From assembly GCA_965200315.1 (NCBI GenBank), contig OZ241362.1, positions 1,856,001 through 1,920,000 on the forward strand: a stretch of DNA of 64,000 bases, in the 5' to 3' direction. Shown here piece by piece: positions 50,015-58,121 of this stretch; within the stretch, counting starts at the first letter, position 1; every line of letters begins with the position of its first letter. A program made the position numbers and the translations under genes. The notes beneath the pieces are model-generated. The model was not told the DNA's origin and did no database searches. It saw only the letters and a program-made list of their open reading frames with translations. This DNA is from Candidatus Latescibacterota bacterium (GTDB taxonomy: Bacteria > Latescibacterota > UBA2968 > UBA8231).

Positions 50015-52972
50015 TGACTTACGAAGAAAAGATTGATTGGGAAGCAGCCTACGCGATGCAAGACAAGGAAACTATATTCCTCTTGTACACCGTGTCGGAG
50101 GGCCTCTGTCAGTATGTCAGCGACTTCTCTACGCATTTCAAGGGAGCGGTTGAAGAAAATGTTCAAAGGCTTATCACGGCTGGCTTTTTGGAGGAGTCCG
50201 ATGGACGCTTGGCCGTTACCGAAAGAGGACGTTTCGTATTGGGTGATTTTGCTAAAGCTGCCCAGAGAATAGAACTCAAAAACAAATCATGGGTGGTCAG
50301 CACAAGCCCTCTACACGCAGATAACGGCATCGGCGTAGTCCGGGAGATTCGTGGAGAACAAGTCAAGGTGGAGTTTCGTGCGAGAATTTTCTCAAAGCCT
50401 CCCTACTTGACCATATCCCGTACCCTCAATGCCAACGAACTTCGCGCAATCAAATCGCCGTCGGAACGGTTACAGGACGGCGAATTCGACGAACCGTGGT
50501 GTTTCGACCTGCGTACACGGGCAGCGGAATTGCTTATATACAACCGCGATGGACAATTAGGCGATGCGCGGACAGACTTGTTGCCGCATCAAATCAGCAT
50601 AGCACATAAGGTGGTTTCCAGCCCGCGGCGACGCTACTTGATCGCGGACGAAGTGGGGCTAGGCAAAACAGTCGAAGCCGGGATGATTCTCTATGCGTTG
50701 CGGCAGCGGGACCAGGCGCAACGGGTGTTGATCGTGCCGCCGGCGGGCCTGACGCTGCAATGGCAGGAAGAAATGGAGGACAAGTTCGGCCTGAAGTTCG
50801 CTGTGTACCGTGAGGATGTGGATGGACCACTAGCCTTTGACCAGATGAATTATCTGATTGCGTCGATGGATACGCTGAAGCTAGACCGTCCTCTGAAGGA
50901 TGGACGTCGTGAAGGTCATAAGACGCTATTACTTGGTTCCCGCGATTGGGATGTAGTTATATTCGACGAGGCGCATAAGCTCTCGGCGAAGACGTGGTCT
51001 CCGCAGAAGACAGATAGGACACAGAACTATCGTTTGGCGGAAGACCTAAAGGAACGCTGCCGAGCACTGATACTATTAACAGCGACGCCGCATCAGGGTG
51101 ATGAGTCAAAATTCCAAAATTTGGTATCTCTGTTACATCCCCACGTAACCTTCAAGGAATTTCTGATACGAGAGGATAAGAACAGATCAATACCCTTCAC
51201 AGACCTCATACTCCGAAACCGTAAGAGTAAAGTGACCGATGCAGAAGGCAACCTGATCTTCAAAGGCATGGATATTCATCCGGTACGCGTCGATCTTTTG
51301 GGCAACGGGGAAAAGCAGTTCCACGAGGCATTGGAATCCTACCTTCGAAAGGGCTATGGCTTCGCGGATCAAGACCCAAGCGACACGCAGCACAAAGCCA
51401 TTGGATTCGTCATGACGACATTCCAGAAATTGGCGGCGAGCAGTACACGGGCCATCAAGGACGCACTCAAAAAGCGCGTTGCGAACCTTCGGAATACTGC
51501 TAAAGAGAAGGAACCCGGAGACAAAACCGAATACGACACACGGTACGAAGGTGAATTCGAGGCACAGAAGACTGAACAATTTCGCCAAGTGTTCATTGAG
51601 AAGGAAGTTGAGATGCTGGAAGAGCTAATTGCTATGGACGTGCCCGGCGATGCCAAGCAGAACGAACTATCGGAGGTAATCGAGTCTGTAAGCAACGAAG
51701 ATTCAGACCAACTGGTGCTGGTATTTACAGAGTACTTGGCGACTCAAGACGTTCTCGTAGAATTCTTGGAGAGGGCTTATGGGGAAGGCTGCACCGCGAT
51801 AATTCGCGGTGGGATGTCGATGTGGAATAAAAAGAAAAGTATCGCTGAGTTCCGCGACAATCCGAAAGTACGTTTTCTAGTATCCACGGAAGCGGGTGGC
51901 GAAGGCATCAACCTCCAGTTCGCTCACGTGATGATTAACTATGACTTGCCCTGGAATCCATTCCGACTAGCTCAGCGGTACGGACGACTCTATCGCTACG
52001 GTCAGACTAAACGAGTGCAAGTCTTCAATTTCCAAAACGCGGGAACCATTGAGGATAAGGTTCGCAAGTATTCTGGAACAGAAGACACAGACCGCCGCCA
52101 CCCGGCTGTCAGACGTGACCGGAGAGTCTTCCAAAGAAATCGAAGAAGGATTGCTCGGTCTGTTCGACGAGCATCTAAATTATGAAAAAATTTATCGAGA
52201 GGGCTTGGCCAAGGGCAATATCAAGCCTTCGCAAGAGGAAATCGACAAAGCCGCCAAGAAGGCCGAAGAATCTTATAAGATCGCCTATGCTAGTCTGTTT
52301 AGCAAAGACATTGCCCCCTTCAATCCCGAACACTTTAAGCATGAAGTACAGAGTCCTCTCACTCTTGAAGACGTGAAAGCATTCGTCCTGAAGTTTGTCA
52401 ATCGAGAAGGTCGCAAAGTAATCGAATCCGACGACGGGACATTTGAGTTTCCCTTACCGGATAGCCTGAGCGAGGAAGAGGGGCTGGATCGACGCTACAA
52501 GAAGGTAACTTTCGGTAGAGCAACAGCCATCCGTAACTCTGAAGCAGAGTTTATGGCGATTGGGCACCCGTTCACGAACGCGGTACTAAAATATTGTGGA
52601 TCTGTTGACTTTGGTGGCTTAGCGTGTTCAAAAGTGGTCCGGCACTCATCATTGCCATCTGGCAATGGTACGCTCTTCAACTTCACTGTGAAGGTTTTAA
52701 AAGAGACCCAAGATGATGAGAGCATCTTCTTCAAATTCCTCCCTATATTTGTGTACGGTAATGGAACGGTTGGTTCAGAGGAGACTACGCAGGCAATCGT
52801 TTCGGCGTTAGCCGAGGCTAAGATGACGTCAAAAAAGGAAGCTTTGCCCCTTGAGGGTGCTGAGGCTCTATTCGAGAAAGCCAAAGACCAAGTGTTCACT
52901 CAATGCGCCCAGTACGATCCTTGGGATGATGATATATTCTGCCTGAATGCCCTTCGTGTCGAAGTGGTCTGA
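50014..52972 (+). CDS. SNF2-family helicase (RapA/DrmD-like) with N-terminal wHTH; +1 frameshift at about 52071
   Basis: LLPHQ, IADEVGLGKT, QWQEE, FDEAHK, LTATPHQG, VFTEY, STEAGGEGINLQ, NYDLPWNP, QRYGRLYRYGQ; C-terminal part continues in ORF 52049-52972. Confidence 0.88.
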
Positions 52973-53045
52973 CAACAATTGAGAATATTCCTCGAATCAA
53001 AAGTTTCAATGCCAAGTAGAACGCCAAACGACAAGCGTTTAGGGA

Positions 53046-53375
53046 ACGGCCTCCCAAGAAATCGGAATCCTCGCCCACGTCCGACGCACTGCTGCTCAAC
53101 GCGTACTTTTTTTTCCTCATGCAGTGCGCCAGATGGCACGACCAGACAGGACGATTGCGCCAAACGAGATTAGAACTGTTGTCATGCAAGGCGATCTAAT
53201 CGAGGATTACCCCGAGGACGCACGCGGCCATAGCTGCCTACTGCACGGCCAAGGAGTTGACCAACGAGACATCCACGTAGTCTGTGCGCCCAAAGAGGAT
53301 TTTCTCGCAGTAATCACAGCGCACCTTCCCACAGAGGATGAGTGGGAGCAAGACTTACGGACAAGGAGGTCATAA
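53046..53375 (+). CDS. DUF4258-family toxin-like protein; start codon appears to be ACG (possibly mutated)
   Basis: FFPHAVRQM...IEDYPEDARGHSCLL...IHVVCAP...VITAH.P...W. Confidence 0.7.
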   Translation, partial: TASQEIGILAHVRRTAAQRVLFFPHAVRQMARPDRTIAPNEIRTVVMQGDLIEDYPEDARGHSCLLHGQGVDQRDIHVVCAPKEDFLAVITAHLPTEDEWEQDLRTRRS

Positions 53376-53587
53376 TGAACTGCATCCACTGTCATGGGCA
53401 GATGAAGCGCTCAAAGGCCCCCTTCCACATTGACCGCCATGGCTATCACTTGGTGTTCGACACAGTTCCGGCGTGGGTCTGTGACCAATGCGGTGAGGCG
53501 TACTTTGAGGGGCGCGAGGTCAATGCAATTCAGAGTGCCATTAAGGGGCTTGACCAACAGGCCCAGCAGCTTGTTGCGGACGCTTGA
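53375..53587 (+). CDS. YgiT-type zinc-finger protein (MqsA-like N-terminal domain)
   Basis: MNCIHC...VPAWVCDQCGEAYF; AGGAGG RBS; coupled to DUF4258. Confidence 0.85.
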   Translation: MNCIHCHGQMKRSKAPFHIDRHGYHLVFDTVPAWVCDQCGEAYFEGREVNAIQSAIKGLDQQAQQLVADA

Positions 53588-53626
53588 GAGACTCATCAAG
53601 CCGCGTCAGGGTGACGAATCGAGATG

Positions 53627-56600
53627 TCATCCCCGCTCCCACTGCGGCAACTGCTCGGCATAGTAGCGGCGGCTGTCTGCGTCCAAGGTGCGCCAGATCA
53701 AAAACTGCTTGCGCACATCGTCCAAAAAGGTGCGCACCACCCGCTGCCAAGTCGCCAGATCGCCCGCCGCCAACGCCAAGTCAACGTGAATGTCGCAATA
53801 GTTCGGGTCCGGCCCCGGCTCTATCTCCATCGCGGTCTCTTGCACCACGCCTTGGTCAAACGGCGCCAACCACACCCGCGCCGCCACGCGCACCTGCTCC
53901 CCCACCTGCTCTACCTGCAGGGCTTCGACGTAAAATCCCGCCCCAATCGATTGCTCCTGATTAGCCGCCCACGATTCTGCTTGAAACGCCGCCATGCCGA
54001 GCGCTTCGCGCCGCGCCAGCGAGAAGGGCAGTTGTATGTGCAAATGCTCGCCTTTGACGACCGGCAGCTTCCAGCGCCGTTCAATCCCCGGCGTACAGAT
54101 CCGCCCGGCCATGCGTGCCGGATAGAGCGCCGACGCCACCACTAACAGCGCAATCGCACCAACGGTGAGCACGGCTCCTAGCGACGAGTAATTCAACTCC
54201 AAGCCGGGCAAAAAACCCCCTTGGGCCAAAAGCTGCGCCGCACCTTGCCCTAGCAAATAGCCAGCGACCGTACCGACCACACCCAAAGCCACCGCTTCCG
54301 CCATGAACAGCCCGCTCACGTGCCCGGGGGCTAAGCCGACCGCGTTAAAGGTGCCGATTTCTTGCGTCCGCTCGTACACCGCCCCAAGCATGGTGTTGAA
54401 CACGATCAACCCGGCAATAAGCAGCGGCACAATAAGCGACCCCCATCCCGACACCGACGCCACCCCCACCGAATTGACGAGCAAGCGCTGCCCGCCAAGG
54501 CCGGCGAACAGATTCAAGTCCAACGTCTCCGCCAGCTCTACCAGCGCACTGCGAGTCTCTTCAACGGTCCCAGCCAACCGGATTCCCACCGACGCCAGCC
54601 GCACCCCTTCCCACCGCATCAGCGCGGCAAACGGCAAAACCGGCGTGGCCGACGCGGGCAAATGGGCAAAGGGCCGCAACTTCCCCCCCTGTTCACGTCC
54701 TACTTCCGCTTCCGACGGCTGTTGCGCCTCTGGATCCAATGGGGTCAGGGGCTCGCCATTCAAATCGAGCCGGTCCAGCGCGTCGTCTGCGAGCAATCCA
54801 ACGACCCGAAACACCTCCCCAAAAACCCGCACCCGCTCCTGCCCCAAGCCCTCGGCACTGACCCCCAAAGAATCCGCCAACCCCACCGGCAACAGACAGG
54901 CGTCCTCCTCCCCGGGCCGCAACCACCGCCCGGCGATCACCTCCGGCCCGAGCAAATTCTCTTCCTGCGCCGCTAGCCCAACAAAGCCCCAAACCCCGGC
55001 CCCTCGCTCCTCCGCGTCATCCCGCTCGACTCGGTAGGACGACGCCAGCAATTTTACCGACAGCCACGCCCGCGGCGCGACCTGCTCGTCGCCAAACCAA
55101 TCGCGCAACAGATAGTAGCCCTCCATCTCCATAGCCTGCCAGCCCGGCATCCGCACCAACGCACCCTCGTACGCTGCGTCCGCGCCAATCGGAATCCAAT
55201 TGGTGTGTAGCGTAGCGCGGACCGAGGTGAAGGACAGCACGGAAAAGGTCAACAGCACCAGCGTCGCGCAAGTCAGCCCGGTGCGCCAAGGCCGCCGCCG
55301 CAAATGCGCCAACCCCACGGCGACCGACGTCAGCACCGCACCTGATCTCTGCATTGCGATCTGTCCGCGCCGATTGCCCAACGCCTGCAACTCCCGGTTC
55401 AACCGCGACATCCCCAAAAACGTGACCAAAATCCCCAGCACCAAGATGACGAAGCCGAGCAAGATGATCGCCGGCGATATCGACAACTCAAAGGCCGGAT
55501 GCACGTAGCGCAAGGCGACAAAGCCCACGAGAAAGAGCGCGAAATACCCGAATACCTGCCGCCGCAAATCGGCAAACCCAAACGCCAACCGCTCGGCAAA
55601 GTGGGCAAAGGGAATCAGCACGGCCAACAAAAAGAGCGCACCCTGCACCACTCCAGCTTGCGTCCGCTCCACGTCCCGATAGGCCGCTGCTGCTAGTGCC
55701 CAAGCGCGCCGCGCCCGATCGAAAAAATCCCGGTGCCGATGCTCGGCACGCCCTACCTCGGCTTCTGCCAGCAGCCCGGCCGACCGCTCGTGAAAAGCCG
55801 CCAGCCGCCCATTGCGCACGCCGTGGCTCTCTAGTCGGTCAATCCGCTCGCTATTGAGCACGTGCATATCGGCCGCCACCCGATACACCGTCTCCTCGAC
55901 GCGCCTCTTCCCATCAACCGCATAGCCCACCCCGCTCGGGGCGTCCTCCGTCCCATTGAGCAACAGCAGGCGTCGCCCCAATCCATAGCGGCCCGTCGCC
56001 ATCACCGCCTTGAACCGCTCACTAGGCCGAGTAAAAATCACAGCGACCGGCACCGTCCACGACCCCACCCGATTCACATAGCTGAACAACTCCATCTCCG
56101 GCGCCGTTAGCGGCAGGCAAGCCCCGTACACCACCGGCTCGGCTTCCAGCTCTGCGTCAATGACTTGCACCCGCTCCAAGGTCAACAAGTTGCGCGGATC
56201 AAAAATCCCAAACAGCGTCGTCCCCCGCAGCGGTGCGGTGACAATTTGCACCTCGTCCTCGGCACTATCCATCGTCACCGTCAGTGCCCGTCCCGGCAAC
56301 TTGCGCTCCCCATTGATCCCCCAGTCCGGCGCATCCGTCACCGCCCCAGTCTCCGCATCGAGCCGATACGCCTCCAACCGCACTGGCTTCGTGTAGATGA
56401 TACCCGATTCAACCCCGGGAATGGCAAACCGCCCCGAATCATCCGCCGCGGCCCAAAAATCTGGCCGCACCCCAGCCAACGTCGGCTGGCGCAACCGCAC
56501 CCGTACCAACGCCCCAGCCGTAGGCTGATCCGGCAGATAGCTGCGCGGCCCGTAGTGGACCACCTCCCCGCGAATGGTGCCAAACGCATCGTTGCCCCAA

Positions 56601-58111
56601 GCCCACGGCTCCAAATCTGGGTCGTCAATGAGCGCGGGCAGCACGGCCTGCAGCAGCGCAACTTGACCGGCCAACCAGTCAAAGCGCACCCCCTCGGGAT
56701 CATCGTCGGGCGCGTCGAAGCGAGCGCGGCTGTCGTTGACTGTGCAAAAGGCCAACGCCGGACACCCAGTGAGGGCCGCTACCGCCGCATCTAGCGGCAC
56801 CGTCAGCCCCATCCCCCCCAAGCCCTGGCGGGCAAAGTCCTGCTTCAGGCCATTGACCAGCACCCGCTTGCCCCCCAACGCGGAGTCTTCGTACGCCGTT
56901 ACCAGCTTTAGCAACCGCTCGGTGATCGGCGGCGGGAGCAAGGAGACGCGATACGGCTCTGTCGGCCTGAACGCCCCAAGCAACGGACTGTGCGACGACA
57001 GATCCAAGCCCACCAAAAAGCGCGTCTTTAGCGCACTGAGCCGCTGCAAAAGCGCGGTCTCCTTCACCTCGCCCTCCCGCTGCCCCGCAGCCGCCAGCAA
57101 CAACGGCGCAAAATGGCGCATCCCCGCCATGTTTTGGAAGTGGCCAGCTGTCCACAGCAACGCAACCGTGCGCTTGGGCGGCTGCGCGGCAAACTTCCGG
57201 GCCAATTCCAACAGCGCGGCCGCACTCGCCGCTTGCTCGGCCCCCGGCGCTAACCCGGGCACTGGCGACACTGCGTCGTAATGCGCGGCGAGGAAAACGA
57301 CCTCCTCCCCCAAGGTCGCGTCGCGCCCAGGAATCACGGCGACCAAGTTCTCAGCCGTCACCTCCCGCCACGTCATCCGCCCCCGCAAACGCACCTGCGC
57401 CTGCGACCTTGCCAACCCCCGCAAACGTTCCGCCACAGCTTTGCACACATAGAACCGCGGCAAGTCGGCCGGCACGTCGAGAAACTTTTGCTCAGCTTCC
57501 TTGCGATGTGCCCCAGCCGATTCCAAAAACACCACGGCCGCGGCCCCCAAGTGAAACGCATCTATCCAAGCCCGGCCCGAAACATAGTCTAACAGGACGA
57601 TCCGCCCAGCCACCGGCTGCCCTTCGAGTCGGCTGCCATCCCCGCCGTACACCAACGGCCCCTCAATGCCCTCGGCTGGCAGGGTCGGCGTCCGCACCAA
57701 ATTGGGCCAGACGCCGAACAGTTCGAGCCGCTCTCCGGCGCATTCGAGCCAAAATCCCTCGTCTATTGGCACCAACACCGGGAACTCGTGCCGGTAGATT
57801 TCTGCTATCCCCAAGCCCCCTAACTCGGCGACCAGCCACTCGCGGGCTGCGGCAGCCCCCGGATAGCCCGTCATCCGCGAGGACGGGGTAGACAGCGTCT
57901 CCACCGTGCGGCGCAGACGTACTTCCGCATCGGACTCGGCGGCAACCGCTGGGCTTGTAAGCAATGCCAACAGGAGCAGCAAAAGGAAAGCCCCTAAGCA
58001 CTGAGACCCAAAGGCTTGCCCAAGTGGCGCATTGTCGCCGCTATATCCTAAACAGTTAAGGGAATCGTCCAGTTCGGGGGAGGGGAGTCGCCAGTTTCTC
58101 GAGTAATTCAA
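53627..58111 (-). CDS. Large M28-peptidase-like / FtsX-MacB-type permease fusion (start uncertain)
   Basis: Signal-like LLLLLLALL; AAHYDA...PGAEQA; later RRPWRTGLT and VYERTQEIGTFNAVGLAPGHVSGLFMAEA (FtsX motif). Confidence 0.75.
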   Translation of the reverse strand: MNYSRNWRLPSPELDDSLNCLGYSGDNAPLGQAFGSQCLGAFLLLLLLALLTSPAVAAESDAEVRLRRTVETLSTPSSRMTGYPGAAAAREWLVAELGGLGIAEIYRHEFPVLVPIDEGFWLECAGERLELFGVWPNLVRTPTLPAEGIEGPLVYGGDGSRLEGQPVAGRIVLLDYVSGRAWIDAFHLGAAAVVFLESAGAHRKEAEQKFLDVPADLPRFYVCKAVAERLRGLARSQAQVRLRGRMTWREVTAENLVAVIPGRDATLGEEVVFLAAHYDAVSPVPGLAPGAEQAASAAALLELARKFAAQPPKRTVALLWTAGHFQNMAGMRHFAPLLLAAAGQREGEVKETALLQRLSALKTRFLVGLDLSSHSPLLGAFRPTEPYRVSLLPPPITERLLKLVTAYEDSALGGKRVLVNGLKQDFARQGLGGMGLTVPLDAAVAALTGCPALAFCTVNDSRARFDAPDDDPEGVRFDWLAGQVALLQAVLPALIDDPDLEPWAWGNDAFGTIRGEVVHYGPRSYLPDQPTAGALVRVRLRQPTLAGVRPDFWAAADDSGRFAIPGVESGIIYTKPVRLEAYRLDAETGAVTDAPDWGINGERKLPGRALTVTMDSAEDEVQIVTAPLRGTTLFGIFDPRNLLTLERVQVIDAELEAEPVVYGACLPLTAPEMELFSYVNRVGSWTVPVAVIFTRPSERFKAVMATGRYGLGRRLLLLNGTEDAPSGVGYAVDGKRRVEETVYRVAADMHVLNSERIDRLESHGVRNGRLAAFHERSAGLLAEAEVGRAEHRHRDFFDRARRAWALAAAAYRDVERTQAGVVQGALFLLAVLIPFAHFAERLAFGFADLRRQVFGYFALFLVGFVALRYVHPAFELSISPAIILLGFVILVLGILVTFLGMSRLNRELQALGNRRGQIAMQRSGAVLTSVAVGLAHLRRRPWRTGLTCATLVLLTFSVLSFTSVRATLHTNWIPIGADAAYEGALVRMPGWQAMEMEGYYLLRDWFGDEQVAPRAWLSVKLLASSYRVERDDAEERGAGVWGFVGLAAQEENLLGPEVIAGRWLRPGEEDACLLPVGLADSLGVSAEGLGQERVRVFGEVFRVVGLLADDALDRLDLNGEPLTPLDPEAQQPSEAEVGREQGGKLRPFAHLPASATPVLPFAALMRWEGVRLASVGIRLAGTVEETRSALVELAETLDLNLFAGLGGQRLLVNSVGVASVSGWGSLIVPLLIAGLIVFNTMLGAVYERTQEIGTFNAVGLAPGHVSGLFMAEAVALGVVGTVAGYLLGQGAAQLLAQGGFLPGLELNYSSLGAVLTVGAIALLVVASALYPARMAGRICTPGIERRWKLPVVKGEHLHIQLPFSLARREALGMAAFQAESWAANQEQSIGAGFYVEALQVEQVGEQVRVAARVWLAPFDQGVVQETAMEIEPGPDPNYCDIHVDLALAAGDLATWQRVVRTFLDDVRKQFLIWRTLDADSRRYYAEQLPQWERG

Positions 58112-58121
58112 GGTGGTCCGC

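Noticed and set aside
46132-52972. Canonical DISARM or BREX
   Set aside because: No drmA/drmB/drmC, pglZ or brxC in the window.
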